This document shows, in pieces, positions 50,033 to 61,940 of a stretch of DNA of 64,000 bases. The notes under the pieces were generated by a model, which worked only from the letters and a program-made list of their open reading frames with translations, was not told where the DNA came from and made no database searches. Position 1 is the first letter of the stretch. Each line of letters begins with the position of its first letter. The stretch lies in assembly GCF_000007005.1 (NCBI RefSeq), contig NC_002754.1; one strand, written 5' to 3'. The position numbers were made by a program, and so were the translations under genes. The DNA is from Saccharolobus solfataricus P2 (GTDB lineage: Archaea; Thermoproteota; Thermoprotei_A; Sulfolobales; Sulfolobaceae).

Positions 50033-50173
50033 GTGAATCGGTACTACATCGTCCCGGTTCCCTTTAAGTATTACGCGACTTTTTGCTTCAAGCGAAAATT
50101 CAAAATTTCTCAGTAATTCACGATATCTTTTGAATTATTATCTATAAACCTTTACATAGATTTATTCAATTAT

Positions 50174-50614
50174 TTGCACTTGGGACACTCTCTTGAAAGG
50201 ACAGATAGAACCTGGGAGGGCGATCCATTCAAAAAGTTCGACTTCTATATTCCTAAATATAATTTATATTTAGACGTTACTGGTACATCATTCACCAAAT
50301 CAGAGAGTATAAAAAGGGCGCATATGCTGCAATTGAGAGGAGCAATAATCGCTATTCTGGGCATAAAAGTTTCGGTGGCAGAAATACTTGCTGCGAAAGG
50401 CTATAGAACTGCTTTTGCTAATGTTGCAGAGAGAGAAGGTGAGATAAGGTTTATGCCATATTCTAGACTGAAGGTCTTAGAAAAGAATGGAAGGGCCATT
50501 ATCGCCCAACCAGAAGAAATAGAGTTTGCGAAAGGCGAAAGAACGTATATACTCACAAGATGGACAGATTGGTTAAAACCAAATCAATTTTTGCGTTGGC
50601 TAAAGCTAAAGTAA
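50174..50614 (+). pseudogene. N-truncated PD-(D/E)xK-like protein of an integrated element
   Basis: FDFYIPKYNLYLDVTG; no clear start codon context. Confidence 0.4.
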
Positions 50615-50719
50615 TACTGCTTTTTTAGTATTACTGATGAGGAATTTTTGCCGTCTTCTTTCAAATATACGCGTTTTGACGGCAAAATTTAACGAGTTGC
50701 CAAAGCTTTTAAACAAGTT

Positions 50720-51019
<300 letters not shown>

Positions 51020-51202
51020 TACTCTCTACCATATTTAATTATTAAGATTTTAGAGTTAAATACCAGCCTTCATGGTATAACATATATACTCCATTTTAAC
51101 TAGACTTCAAAATATTATCAGTGACAAAACTCTAGTGATGTCTATATTAATGATTAATATCTACCAGTTAGAAAAATATCCTCTGTATTTCATTTTAACT
51201 AA

Positions 51203-53080
51203 TTACATCCTTTCTAAGCTCCTTATACCTAAGACGCTTAACCCGTTCTTTAATACAACTGACACTCCTTTTACTATATATAATCTTAACATTCTCTTCC
51301 TTGGATCTTGTTCTTGTAGTACTCTCTCTTTATCATACCAACTATTGAATATGTCAGATAATTCTCTCAGAAACGCTACTAAATCTTCTAACCTTAAGTT
51401 ATCTACAGCATTCTTGAATACCTCGGGGAATTTAGCTATCAAGATTAATATGTTCCTCTTATCTCCAACTAAATCACTAAAGTCTACCTTATCCATAGAT
51501 AAGTTTTCAGTAGATTTAGCTAATATGTTAGCAGCTCTAGCATAAGTATATTGTAAATAAGGTCCACTGTTCTGCTCAAAGCTGGTTATCCTGTTTAAAT
51601 CAAATGATAAAGGCTTATTTGCAGAAACTGACAAAATTGCGTATCTAAGCGCTGCATTTGCTATATCATCAATATTTTCCATATTACCACCTTTCTCTTT
51701 CAGCTTATTTCTAACTATGTTATCTAGTTTTTCATATATCTCGTCAATGGTTATTATCTTTCCTAGTCTTCCACTCATTCTTAGTCCTTGGATGTTAACC
51801 ATCCCATATGAATAATGCAATAAATTTTCCGCAAATCTCGAATATCCGAGTAACTCTAGAGCACCTCTTAATTGTATTTGCGGAATGTATTGTTCTTCTG
51901 CGATCACATTTATAACAAAATCTGCATTAAACTGATTAAATTTGAAAATTGTATACGCAATATCCCTAACGGTATACAATGTAGTTCCATCGGATCTCAT
52001 CAACACTAAAGGAGGTATCTTGAGCCCTTTTGGAATTCTCAACTTAGATCTAGCTTCATCACCTAAGAAACTATCTAAGTCCAATGCTATTACTCCCTTA
52101 TATGGTATTTTAGCCGAGGAAGACAATAAGGCCTTTAATACTTCATTAACCATATTCTCCCATAACAAGTCACTCTCATAGTCGAAATTGTCAAATCTTA
52201 TATTAAGTTTGGATAACGTTTCACTAAAGCCTTCTAGCGCATAACTAATGTACTTTCTAATAATCCCCTTTAGTTCATCATTACCCTCTTCGTATTTCTT
52301 TATGATTTCTCCTATCTCCTTCTCCGGCTCCTCCTTAGCATTTATAGCGTCTGCTAACTTATCGAAAAGTACCTCATTTCTATTCCTTAGATCATTCGCT
52401 ATTACTATTAGCTCATCTAGTTCTCTCACTTTCTCCCTATACTCTGACTCTGAAAGTTTCTTTAACTCCTCTCTCAACTTCCTAATTTCTAAAATTACAT
52501 TAGTCATGGCATATATTATACCCAACCATAGATCCTTCTTTACATTTGGCTCTGGATCAGGAAAACCTAAAAGTTTTAGGCCGTAAATTAGAACTGCAAC
52601 TTGCCTCCCAGTATCGTTAACGTAAAACCTAACATTAACTGAGTGACCTCTAGCTTTTAACGCTCTAGCAAGCGCATCTCCAAGTATCGTATTTCTCAAA
52701 TGGCCTATATGTAACGGATGTATAGGATTAGCGCTCGTGTGTTCAACTACTATTCTTTTTGGCTTTTCGATTTTTTCCAGTCCATAACTATCGTCTAGTT
52801 TGCTAAAGATACTCACGAAAATATTTCTTAGATTAAGCCTCGCATTAAGATATATTCCGGCTACTTCTATCCTCTCTATTAACTCACCTTTATATTCTTG
52901 TAATAATTTCGCTTTCTCATTTATATTTCCCTTTATTAATGATGGTAACGCTAATGATAAGTCGCCAAGTTCTTCCCTAGGAGGATATGTAATATTTTTA
53001 AAGACTTCCTCCTCGCTTATACCTAATTGTGCAGCGACATATTCCGCCAATTCTTTCTTAGCTCTTCCTATTATATCCAC
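51203..53080 (-). CDS. argS: Arginyl-tRNA synthetase
   Basis: EHTSANPIHPLHIGH, MSGRLG, GPYLQYTYAR. Confidence 0.97.
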   Translation of the reverse strand: MDIIGRAKKELAEYVAAQLGISEEEVFKNITYPPREELGDLSLALPSLIKGNINEKAKLLQEYKGELIERIEVAGIYLNARLNLRNIFVSIFSKLDDSYGLEKIEKPKRIVVEHTSANPIHPLHIGHLRNTILGDALARALKARGHSVNVRFYVNDTGRQVAVLIYGLKLLGFPDPEPNVKKDLWLGIIYAMTNVILEIRKLREELKKLSESEYREKVRELDELIVIANDLRNRNEVLFDKLADAINAKEEPEKEIGEIIKKYEEGNDELKGIIRKYISYALEGFSETLSKLNIRFDNFDYESDLLWENMVNEVLKALLSSSAKIPYKGVIALDLDSFLGDEARSKLRIPKGLKIPPLVLMRSDGTTLYTVRDIAYTIFKFNQFNADFVINVIAEEQYIPQIQLRGALELLGYSRFAENLLHYSYGMVNIQGLRMSGRLGKIITIDEIYEKLDNIVRNKLKEKGGNMENIDDIANAALRYAILSVSANKPLSFDLNRITSFEQNSGPYLQYTYARAANILAKSTENLSMDKVDFSDLVGDKRNILILIAKFPEVFKNAVDNLRLEDLVAFLRELSDIFNSWYDKERVLQEQDPRKRMLRLYIVKGVSVVLKNGLSVLGIRSLERM

Positions 53081-53134
53081 ATCACGTTTTATGCCTTATA
53101 ACTTTTAATATTTACTCACTAGAATCATATAACC

Positions 53135-53338
53135 ATGAAGAAAAGGGTGGAAATCCTAATAGTAGAGGATTATAGTGGAAATCCCAAAATTAATGAGCAA
53201 GAAATTAAAAAATCATTAAGTCATATAGGGGATGACATTGTAATAACTAGGTTACATTTGCCACAGTGGACTGAAAATAAAGATGAAAGTGATCTAGTTG
53301 GAGTACATGTAATTGTGAGAGAAGTTGCAGAAACATAA
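53135..53338 (+). CDS. Small hypothetical protein
   Basis: 67-aa ORF divergent from argS, overlapping the next gene. Confidence 0.55.
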   Translation: MKKRVEILIVEDYSGNPKINEQEIKKSLSHIGDDIVITRLHLPQWTENKDESDLVGVHVIVREVAET

Positions 53339-53717
53339 CGTATGTCCCTATTACAAGAATGGCTACTGCACATCACCTGCATTAGATAAGCCTTCTGATA
53401 TAGTGACTTCTAGTAATAGATGCTTCGGTCAATTTAAAACGTGCAGATATTTCTTAAACGACGGGAGTGACAGCAAAATAGGATTAGATAAATTCAATGA
53501 AGAAAAAACAATAGAACAAGAAATTAGATTTTACCCAAAAATAAACGAATTAGAAAATATTGTAGACAGTGGTTGTGAACATTATCGACTCATAAAAAGT
53601 GAAAAAGGGTTCATAGCATATTGTAATGCGATTAAAAGAGTTTTAGTAACAAGACAAACCCTATTATGTAATAAAGAGTTCCAAAGATGCCCTTATAGAA
53701 CCTTACTCAGTGCCTAA
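53325..53717 (+). CDS. Cys-rich (zinc-binding) hypothetical protein
   Basis: CPYY...CTS...CF...CRY and a second Cys cluster. Confidence 0.7.
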   Translation: MQKHNVCPYYKNGYCTSPALDKPSDIVTSSNRCFGQFKTCRYFLNDGSDSKIGLDKFNEEKTIEQEIRFYPKINELENIVDSGCEHYRLIKSEKGFIAYCNAIKRVLVTRQTLLCNKEFQRCPYRTLLSA

Positions 53718-54020
53718 CTTAACATATCTACCGTCTTCTGATAAGTTAATTTTGCCTTTTTCAACTAGATCCGCTAATGCTCTTCTTATCTTGTCCTCGC
53801 TTGCAATTCCAGATAACATACTATGTAATTCCTTTAGGTTCATTGGTTTTTCATTTAATAAGTCAAGTAGTATTTGTTTTAATTCGTCCTCATTTGGCGC
53901 AGTCATTACTATGACATCTTTATCAGAGTAGACTACCTTTAGTTTGTTTTCCACGTTACCAGAATTGGAAGCAGATTTCTTACCTCTCTTCTTAGTCTCA
54001 TTACTCATACTAATACACAC
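53703..54020 (-). CDS. Winged-helix DNA-binding protein
   Basis: KPMNLKELHSMLSGIASEDKIRRALADLVEKGKI. Confidence 0.7.
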   Translation of the reverse strand: MCISMSNETKKRGKKSASNSGNVENKLKVVYSDKDVIVMTAPNEDELKQILLDLLNEKPMNLKELHSMLSGIASEDKIRRALADLVEKGKINLSEDGRYVKLGTE

Positions 54021-54261
54021 TCACGTTCTTTTCTCATTTCTAACTTTTAAACATTATGCGAATTTTTAAAATCAATTTCACTCTTCATTATACTAACGCG
54101 TTATAGCATAGAGCAGTAAATATTTCTAATATTAAATAATTAATATCTCTTCACTACAAGGTAATATAAAGAACGAGAGCAAAAGCTTTTAAGGCGGAGA
54201 AGAGTCAGAGCATGAATGTATACTTATATTATTGTGTTCAGATTAACATTATTAGGCGACA

Positions 54262-54633
54262 ATGTTGAATCAACCTGACTTCCTTAGACATATAGCCAGT
54301 AAGATCCTATCACCACTAACAATAGATTCGAAAAGATTAGACGAAGCAAGAAGAATTTTAGGAGAAGCAGAAGTTAAATACAACTTCTCCTCATATGGAG
54401 GAAATCCAAAAAAACTAATAGATTTCCTACTAAGCCCGGACTTCACAGAACTTAGCTTAATTTTAGGCCCAGATATGACAAAAAAACTATTAGAAGCTAT
54501 AAAAGATAATTATACAGACGAAGACATAAAAAAAGTAGTAGATAAGATATTAGAGGAAATAAACGGATATACGGAAAACACTGAGGAGACAAACGTTAAA
54601 GTTTCGGTTAATAAAAAATATTTAGTCTCCTAA
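54262..54633 (+). CDS. Hypothetical protein
   Basis: 123-aa ORF with host-like codon usage. Confidence 0.6.
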   Translation: MLNQPDFLRHIASKILSPLTIDSKRLDEARRILGEAEVKYNFSSYGGNPKKLIDFLLSPDFTELSLILGPDMTKKLLEAIKDNYTDEDIKKVVDKILEEINGYTENTEETNVKVSVNKKYLVS

Positions 54634-56301
54634 AGATGGAGTAGATCCTCCCTCTCCACCACTTTCTTCTTTACTTCCTTCTCCTCCTTTCTTCTCACTC
54701 TTTAGTGGGGCAGCCGCTATTAGATCATCAATCTTTAATATTGCTGTGGCTGCCTCTGTAGCACTCTTTAACACTTGAGACTTTACTCTAATAGGCTCGA
54801 TAATGTTTAACGCATATACATCATCTACAATCTTCCCGCCTATGACATCTACACCAGTATTACTCAAGCCCTTAGCGTGCCTAGCTCTTAAGTCCATCAA
54901 TGAAGATATAGCCTCTAGCCCTGCAGTTTCAGCTAAAATTAAAGGTATCTCCTCTAATGCGTCTGCAAATGCTTCTATAGCTAATTGCTCCTTACCTCCC
55001 ACACTTCTAGCATACTCTCTTAATTTCATCGCTAACTCTAACTCGATAGCACCACCGCCTGGTAATATTACTGGCTCTAATAATATGTTCCTTAGAGCAT
55101 GCAATGCATCATTTATACTCCTCTCAGCCTCATCTAATGCCATATCATTTGAACCTCTTAACAAGATATTCACAGCTTTCAAGTTCTTAGCACCCTCTAT
55201 AAATACCATTTTATCGTTCCCAACTCTCCTTTCCTCAACTAATTCAGCATATCCTAAGTCTTCGGGAGTAGCATCTTTAATGCTACTTATTATTCTTGCA
55301 CCTAATGCCTTCTCTAATTTTTCTATATCGCTCCTCTTAACTCTTCTTACAGCCAATATCCCTTTCTTGGCTAAGAAATGCTGTGCTATATCATCAATAC
55401 CCTTCTGGCATATTACAACATTAGCACCTATTGATGCTAACTTATCAACCATATCCTTAAGGTATTTAGACTCCTCATCCAAGAAAGCCTTAATTTGCTC
55501 AGGTGATGTGATGCTTATCTTGGCTGAAATTTCAGGCTTCTCTACCTCTAATGCTGCATCCAAAACAGCTATCTTAGCCTTGGTGACTCTTCTAGGCATT
55601 CCAGGATGTACTACCTCCTTATCTAACACTAGTCCTTTAACTAGTACACTATCCTCTATACTTCCGCCTTTCTTCTTATCTATCTTTATTAAGTCTAAAC
55701 TCACATTATATCCACCATTAGGTAAAGGTTCTGCTACATTAACTATTGCATCTATTACCATGTCAATTATTTTATTTAATTCAGCACCTTCTGCAATAAA
55801 CTTACTTGCTAAAGTAGTAAATGCTATCTTTCTTAGAGTATCTCTAGCTACTGAAGAATTCAAATCCTTTATATCAATTCTAGTTCCTAACTGCGGAAGT
55901 AACTCTAAGGCCTTGTTGTATGCCTTCTTATACCCCTCAATAATTATTGTAGGATGTATATTTTGATCCAATAAACTTTCAGCCTTCTCTAATAGAGCAC
56001 CAGCCAATACTACAGCACTTGTAGTACCATCACCTACTTCAGCATCTTGAGCTTTAGCTGCTTCTACTAATAATTTCGCAGCTGGATGCTGAATCTCCAT
56101 ATCCTTTACTATTGTAGCACCATCATTAGTTATGGTTACGTCACCGAAGCTATCAATTAGCATTTTATCAAGACCTTTAGGACCTAAACTACTCCTTAAC
56201 ATTTCAGCTAATGTCTTCGCAGCAAGTATATTATTCCTTAGCGCATCTCTTCCAGTAGTTCTGCTTGTTCCCTCTTTAAGCAATAAGACTGGAGCTGCCA
56301 T
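54622..56301 (-). CDS. thsA: Thermosome (group II chaperonin) alpha subunit
   Basis: [30 protein letters not shown]; 559 aa. Confidence 0.95.
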   Translation of the reverse strand: MAAPVLLLKEGTSRTTGRDALRNNILAAKTLAEMLRSSLGPKGLDKMLIDSFGDVTITNDGATIVKDMEIQHPAAKLLVEAAKAQDAEVGDGTTSAVVLAGALLEKAESLLDQNIHPTIIIEGYKKAYNKALELLPQLGTRIDIKDLNSSVARDTLRKIAFTTLASKFIAEGAELNKIIDMVIDAIVNVAEPLPNGGYNVSLDLIKIDKKKGGSIEDSVLVKGLVLDKEVVHPGMPRRVTKAKIAVLDAALEVEKPEISAKISITSPEQIKAFLDEESKYLKDMVDKLASIGANVVICQKGIDDIAQHFLAKKGILAVRRVKRSDIEKLEKALGARIISSIKDATPEDLGYAELVEERRVGNDKMVFIEGAKNLKAVNILLRGSNDMALDEAERSINDALHALRNILLEPVILPGGGAIELELAMKLREYARSVGGKEQLAIEAFADALEEIPLILAETAGLEAISSLMDLRARHAKGLSNTGVDVIGGKIVDDVYALNIIEPIRVKSQVLKSATEAATAILKIDDLIAAAPLKSEKKGGEGSKEESGGEGGSTPSLGD

Positions 56302-56413
56302 ACCTCACAACACCGTTCCGTGAGAACATTAGTATCGCTTATATAAAAATTTTTCTCTCAGCTAAACCGAGAAGTAATTTTTTAAATAAATAGGAAATCC
56401 ATTCTCCTCTAAT

Positions 56414-57154
56414 ATGATGTGCGAAAGATGTAACAAAAGAAATGCCATAAACGTAGTAGGAGGAAGAAGATTATGTGAAATATGCAGTAAAGATGAGATA
56501 ACCAAGAGAATTAAAAGAGAGCTTTATCCGAGAAAGATAATAGTATATAAAGACAAGATCTTATTCGCTTATCCCTCTTACTTAAGCTTTATTCGTGAAA
56601 TTCTAAAAAATATAATAAACAAAATCTACGCTAAATTTAACTTACAATATTACGAAATCACTCTAGAACCACAACACTCTATCTTAGATGATATGTGGAA
56701 TTTAATCGTAAAAAGCAAGCGGTTCTCAGAAGAGAACGGAATAAGTAAAATCTTTTTACCATTTACTGCAGATTTCTTGATGGCTTACTTAATATACTCA
56801 ATAACAAACCAAGATTATACTTATATAAAGATGATAGGATTAGAATATAATGTAAATAATATTTCATTTCTAATTCCATTTTACAACACCTCTTTATATG
56901 AATTACAAGGCTTCTTCACTAACGAATCTAATAATATATTTGAAACGAAAGATGAAATTTTCAATGAAATTCTAGCATGGGAAAGAGATACATTAAAAGA
57001 AAATTATGAACTATTTCATGCTTTTCATAATTCTAAAAAATTATTTGAAACGAAAGAAAAAGAATATAGATGTGAGGGGTGTGGAGGAGTAATTAACTCC
57101 CCGGTAAAATACTGTGCGAGATGCTCTCTAATTTACTCTTCTCCTCCTTATTGA
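56414..57154 (+). CDS. Hypothetical protein with terminal CxxC motifs (possibly degenerate PP-loop/TtuA-like)
   Basis: CERC...CEIC at the N-terminus, CEGC...CARC at the C-terminus. Confidence 0.55.
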   Translation: MMCERCNKRNAINVVGGRRLCEICSKDEITKRIKRELYPRKIIVYKDKILFAYPSYLSFIREILKNIINKIYAKFNLQYYEITLEPQHSILDDMWNLIVKSKRFSEENGISKIFLPFTADFLMAYLIYSITNQDYTYIKMIGLEYNVNNISFLIPFYNTSLYELQGFFTNESNNIFETKDEIFNEILAWERDTLKENYELFHAFHNSKKLFETKEKEYRCEGCGGVINSPVKYCARCSLIYSSPPY

Positions 57155-57923
57155 GGATAACTTCAAAATATATTTGTCCTTGAGTAGGTTTAAATCTAGA
57201 CGGCGGAATAGGTCCTTCTGAAGTATAATAGAAAAAACCCGATTTTAAGATCTCATAAAATCCGTCTCGATCCATTTTCAAAAAGTCTTGTAATATATCA
57301 ATTACGTGTATGGTGTTCTTCAATTCCTTCATACTTAACATGTACCCACAGACCCTACAAGATAAATCTGGCATTACTGAATCGAATTCACATTTAGGAC
57401 ATTTAATAGGAGATCTTAAGATACTTGCGAACATTGACCAAGTTACTCGTAATAGATCTATTAAGTCTTTCCTATTTCTCTTTAAACACTCCTTATACAA
57501 CTTATCCATTATTGGAATCAGGCCACCTTTACCATAAGTCACTATAAACTCTAGCTGATCTTCACTAAGTTTCTCCACATCATATAAACGTAGTAGTTTA
57601 TAAGAAATAATTTCCATTAACCTATCTCCCATAGCCTTGAGTCTATTAATTATTGTAGATACTTTAGGCTTCGTTTTTACCTCTCCTACCGCGCTGGCAA
57701 AGGGCTCCCTTAATACCTCCTTTAAATCATCTACTGAAAGATTTAAATATGAAATCCCCAATGCGTTGACTATCTCATTTAAATATTCATCCAAAACCTT
57801 ATCTGGATCTATATACTTCTCTGCTTTTTTACTACTGGAAGATTTTTTCTTTCTAATCTCCTCTTTACTAGTATTCTTTTCACTATCAGCCTTTCCTTCC
57901 TCATTTTTCTTACGTCTTGGCAC
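57093..57923 (-). CDS. Hypothetical zinc-ribbon protein
   Basis: CPKC...CRVCG. Confidence 0.7.
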   Translation of the reverse strand: MPRRKKNEEGKADSEKNTSKEEIRKKKSSSSKKAEKYIDPDKVLDEYLNEIVNALGISYLNLSVDDLKEVLREPFASAVGEVKTKPKVSTIINRLKAMGDRLMEIISYKLLRLYDVEKLSEDQLEFIVTYGKGGLIPIMDKLYKECLKRNRKDLIDLLRVTWSMFASILRSPIKCPKCEFDSVMPDLSCRVCGYMLSMKELKNTIHVIDILQDFLKMDRDGFYEILKSGFFYYTSEGPIPPSRFKPTQGQIYFEVILNKEEKSKLESISHSILPGS

Positions 57924-57960
57924 TCCACTTATAATTTAGAAAGCCATTTTATATAAAACT

Positions 57961-58287
57961 TTAAGTCATTAACGCTAAATCTTGAAAATCCATTGGTAGC
58001 ATCTTCTTCTTATTAACAATTTCTTGATATTTATTATCTAAGAATGAAATAAATATTGGACAAGTCTCGTATTTACCATCACGCTGACATTTATCACCCA
58101 ATGTGAGAAAGCACTTAGTGTTCTTCTTATCGTAATAAGGACATAACTTATAGTAAGTTTTAGCGCTTTTTATCATACGTTCTATCCATTGTTTCTTATG
58201 GTCCTTTTTTTCTGCCTCCTTTTCGGCCTTTGCTAATGCCTTATTTATCTCGTCTTCAGACATTTTCACTGATTTATTAGTTGACAT
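57961..58287 (-). CDS. Cys-containing hypothetical protein
   Basis: CPYYD...CFL...CQRDG...CPIF. Confidence 0.7.
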   Translation of the reverse strand: MSTNKSVKMSEDEINKALAKAEKEAEKKDHKKQWIERMIKSAKTYYKLCPYYDKKNTKCFLTLGDKCQRDGKYETCPIFISFLDNKYQEIVNKKKMLPMDFQDLALMT

Positions 58288-58475
58288 TAAATTCTCCCTC
58301 CTACTTGCTATAACTTTCAGAACAAAGATTAAATAGATTACTACTACTACTCATATGTTTCCGTCTTAGAGCTTTAAAACGAAAGGTTTGTATAATTTTC
58401 CCCAATATGCCCATAGAAGTATAACTTAAGCTAACACATAGTAGTAGTAAATAATTATAAAAGGAGAAGAGAAAG
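58288..58475. other. Probable replication origin oriC3
   Basis: AT-rich intergenic region next to whiP; 12-bp inverted repeat TTACTACTACTA (58338-58349) / TAGTAGTAGTAA (58439-58450); Sulfolobus oriC3 is known to lie beside whiP. Confidence 0.55.
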
Positions 58476-59216
58476 TTAACAAGAAGATATCGTTTCTTTT
58501 ATACTCTTTGATAGGCCTATTCTAACACCCATTCTAGGATCTTGATAGATGTAAAGGAGCCTTTTAATCTGCAAGTTCTTGAGTACTCTAAATAACCAAC
58601 TAGTATCAGCTTTCATTTCCTCTTGGAGTTGGTCAAGGTAGATATAAGTAGTACCCCATTCCCTATACTTGTTTAATAAGTGACTTAGTATTTCTTTTTC
58701 ATCATCATCCAACTTATTCAAAATCTCCTTTATACAATCCGTTGGATTAGACTTTTGTTGTTTTTTGTTTTCCTTACTGGTTTTTCCTTCAATAAACCAC
58801 AAAACTTCTTGTGCTTTTTTGTCATCTTTTTTCTCAACTTTGTTGTTTTTTGTCTGACGAACCTTTTCACTCTCTAGCACTTGCTTAGCAAGTAATAAAT
58901 ATTCTTTGAACTTAGAATTATTTTGGGATTCAATAATATCTCTAGCTATATTCTCTCCTTTTCCGCTTAAGTGCCATCTTCCTCCTTCTTGATAAACTAA
59001 TCCCTTCTTCTTCCAATAACTGAGATAGCTACTTATGTATTTAGTTTCATAACCTAAATTAGCTGCTATTTCTGCTGTTCTTAGTGGTCTAGCGTAGAGA
59101 AGAAGTAGTATTGCCTCAACCAATTTGGATCTGGGAGACTCCTTTCCTGGTTTCTCTTCCTCACTTATCTGCTGCGCTATAGCCTCTATATCATCTTTTC
59201 GATAGTCCTCACTCAT
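58476..59216 (-). CDS. whiP: Winged-helix initiator protein WhiP
   Basis: [25 protein letters not shown]...[12 protein letters not shown]; two wHTH domains. Confidence 0.75.
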   Translation of the reverse strand: MSEDYRKDDIEAIAQQISEEEKPGKESPRSKLVEAILLLLYARPLRTAEIAANLGYETKYISSYLSYWKKKGLVYQEGGRWHLSGKGENIARDIIESQNNSKFKEYLLLAKQVLESEKVRQTKNNKVEKKDDKKAQEVLWFIEGKTSKENKKQQKSNPTDCIKEILNKLDDDEKEILSHLLNKYREWGTTYIYLDQLQEEMKADTSWLFRVLKNLQIKRLLYIYQDPRMGVRIGLSKSIKETISSC

Positions 59217-59300
59217 CTTATTATATTAGGCATTTCAACTTAAAATACAAGCTAAAATCCCGATTGGAATTATTCAGATAATTTTCTATTTCAGTACTAC

Positions 59301-60371
59301 TCATTGGCAAGTCTTAATAGCATAAAATTTGTTGTAGCCCACTATAACGTTATACACGCCAGAAAAGAGCTTATCTAAATTCTCATCTCCAGTGTCGATT
59401 CTAAGACAATTAATAGTATAAAGCTTAGAAAAAGTAGAGACTACGATAAGATCATCTTTTTTCACTTTTCTTAAGAATATTGGCCCTAATTCCAGATTTC
59501 CTCTTCCTATCAGAAATCCTTGTTTGCCAATTGGGGTAAGCACAATCTTTAACTCCCCGGTTAAATTAATTAAATCGAAATAGTTAACATTTTCCTTAAT
59601 TAATTTCTTTCCTCTAATTATATCGATACCTAAAAATGGAGTATCGATCTTTAGTTTCCTTTCTATATATTTTACAGTACTTCCAGGGCCCATAATATAG
59701 GTTATATTATCATCCATGTTATCTATTATATAGTCTGCGATTTCCCCTAATTCGTCCTCACTATATTGCATTTCCCCTTTGCTTGGAGTTAGTAAATTAT
59801 TACTGCTTATTGTGAGGACTATATGGTATAATTTGACAAAATATGTTCCTTTTCTATATGCCTCTTCATCAATATCTAGAATTTCCTCCTTCACAGTTTT
59901 TGCCTCATCATGTAAAAATTTTGTTAATAATATCGCTGCAGCCTCTGGGGTATTAGCAAAAACTCCACTATGCATTTTTACACCAGCTGGAACTCCTAAA
60001 ATTGGTATTTCTGCGCCTTGCAGTCCCTCAGCCACATCCCTAGCAGTTCCATCACCGCCAACAAATACAATAATATCTACTCCTCTTTTAACAAACTCTC
60101 TTACAGAGTCAATTGTATCATATCTTGTAGTTTTTTTCTTTTCACCTATAGGTATAGTCTCATATTTCAGTTTTGATTTTGTAAAATGTATTTCTCCCAT
60201 CTTTAGTCTTGGTGTTAGATAGATAGCATCTTCTGGGGCTTTACTCAAAAATCTGGTAACTCTCATCGGTATTTCTGGATTCTCTATATTTAACTCATCA
60301 CTTCCTTTTTTCCCTATTCTTCCACCTGAGCCAGCATATGGATTCACAAGAAACCCAATCTTTTTTAACAT
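59301..60371 (-). CDS. ATP-NAD kinase-family protein
   Basis: FLVNPYAG, FVGGDGTARD, GVPAGVKMHSGVFA. Confidence 0.85.
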   Translation of the reverse strand: MLKKIGFLVNPYAGSGGRIGKKGSDELNIENPEIPMRVTRFLSKAPEDAIYLTPRLKMGEIHFTKSKLKYETIPIGEKKKTTRYDTIDSVREFVKRGVDIIVFVGGDGTARDVAEGLQGAEIPILGVPAGVKMHSGVFANTPEAAAILLTKFLHDEAKTVKEEILDIDEEAYRKGTYFVKLYHIVLTISSNNLLTPSKGEMQYSEDELGEIADYIIDNMDDNITYIMGPGSTVKYIERKLKIDTPFLGIDIIRGKKLIKENVNYFDLINLTGELKIVLTPIGKQGFLIGRGNLELGPIFLRKVKKDDLIVVSTFSKLYTINCLRIDTGDENLDKLFSGVYNVIVGYNKFYAIKTCQ

Positions 60372-60985
60372 TTCTTTAGCACCTTGAGTATGAAGGTTAA
60401 GGTTAGATATCCTAAGTGTTCTTCGTTAGGAACTAGAAATATAATAAGATCGTTAGGTCCACAATTATTACAATTTTCCTTTATCTCGTCTAATAGACCT
60501 CTGAGTGACATTTCCTCCGTCTTAGGCGGAATTTCTATTTTTCCTTCTTCTGTATAAACACACACTAATATTTTTTCCGCACCTAATCTTATTATTTCAT
60601 CCCTTAAATGTAAAACTGAGATCTCTTTTAATAGTTCCGCACCTCCCCTTACGATAAGCATTGATGAGTTCCAACCTAAAGATTTTAAAGTAACGTCTTT
60701 TATTGTTGATATATTTTTAATGCATGAAACTATTTTATTTCCTTGCTCTGTGAGAGTGTTTCCTCCTACTAGATCAGTTTGAATTAAATTTAACTCCCTT
60801 AATCGTTTTAGTAATGTTTTTATTGAAGCTTCTGACAGTCCAGTTTTTTTCATTAACAATATCCTTCCTACTGGTTGTAATTGACTTATGTAAAATAGAC
60901 TCATTATAACATGCCCTTCATCGAATTTAGGCTTATTGCCTTGTCTGGTCTCTACAGCTTTGGTAAGCACAATCTGGATATCCAT
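60365..60985 (-). CDS. Winged-helix regulator (DUF4443-like)
   Basis: PVGRILLMKKTGLSEASIKTLLKRL. Confidence 0.65.
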   Translation of the reverse strand: MDIQIVLTKAVETRQGNKPKFDEGHVIMSLFYISQLQPVGRILLMKKTGLSEASIKTLLKRLRELNLIQTDLVGGNTLTEQGNKIVSCIKNISTIKDVTLKSLGWNSSMLIVRGGAELLKEISVLHLRDEIIRLGAEKILVCVYTEEGKIEIPPKTEEMSLRGLLDEIKENCNNCGPNDLIIFLVPNEEHLGYLTLTFILKVLKKC

Positions 60986-61016
60986 ATTTAAATATGTGAT
61001 TAGATAGATTAAAATT

Positions 61017-61940
61017 ATGTTTAGAGGAAAAAGTTTGTTATGTCTGCTTGATTTTCAAACACATGAAATAGAGAAAATGCTAGAAGTCTCATTCTTGATG
61101 AAAAGTTATGTTTATTATAATAAAGTTCCAAATTCATTAAGCGGTAAGAGGGTCGCATTACTTTTCGAGAAACCGAGTACTAGGACTAGGGTTAGTACTG
61201 AATTAGCAGTATCGTTATTAGGTGGAATTCCTATTGTCCTTAATAAGCAAGATTTGCAATGGTCTAGGGGAGAGCTTATCGAAGATACTGGAAGGGTTTT
61301 AGGCAGAGTCGTTAATGGAATAGGGGCCAGAGTACTAAATCACTTAACCCTAGTTAAACTAAAGGAATCATCCGGAGTTCCAGTATTTAATTTATTAAGC
61401 GATCTTTCTCATCCCTTGCAAGCACTAGCTGACTTAATGACAATTAGGGAAAGGTTTGGTAATAATCTTGTGAAGATCGCATTTGTTGGCGATGGGAGTG
61501 ATAATGTATTATTAAGCTTAATGGCTATTGTGGCTAAATTAGGATTAGAGTTACATGTAGCAACTCCTAAAGAACTTAAGCCTAGGGACGATTTGTATAA
61601 GATAATAAGTGAGATTGCAGAAGATACTGGCAGTGTTATAGAATTTCATGAGGATCCCTATGAGGCTGTTAGGGGTGTACATGTAGTCTATACTGACGTT
61701 TGGGTTAGCATGGGTCAAGAGAATATTGCTGAACAGAAGAAGAGAATGTTACAAAACTATAGGGTTACCGCAGATCTAATGAAGTATGCGGTTAAAGATG
61801 CGATATTTATGCACTGTTTGCCTGCAAATAGGGGAGAGGAAGTAGACCCTGAGGTAATAGATGGATCTAAAAGTGCGGTCTGGGATCAAGCTGAAAATAG
61901 ATTGTATACAACAATGGCAGTATTTTCATTATTTATTTGA
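61017..61940 (+). CDS. argF: Ornithine carbamoyltransferase
   Basis: [25 protein letters not shown]. Confidence 0.95.

Noticed and set aside
51135-53108. Plus-strand ORFs overlapping argS
   Set aside because: Shadow frames of a highly conserved gene.
54803-55966. 387-aa plus-strand ORF
   Set aside because: Antisense shadow of thsA with Ser-rich, non-protein-like composition.
58338-58450. TAC/GTA triplet runs as a variable microsatellite
   Set aside because: Better explained as an inverted repeat within the probable origin.
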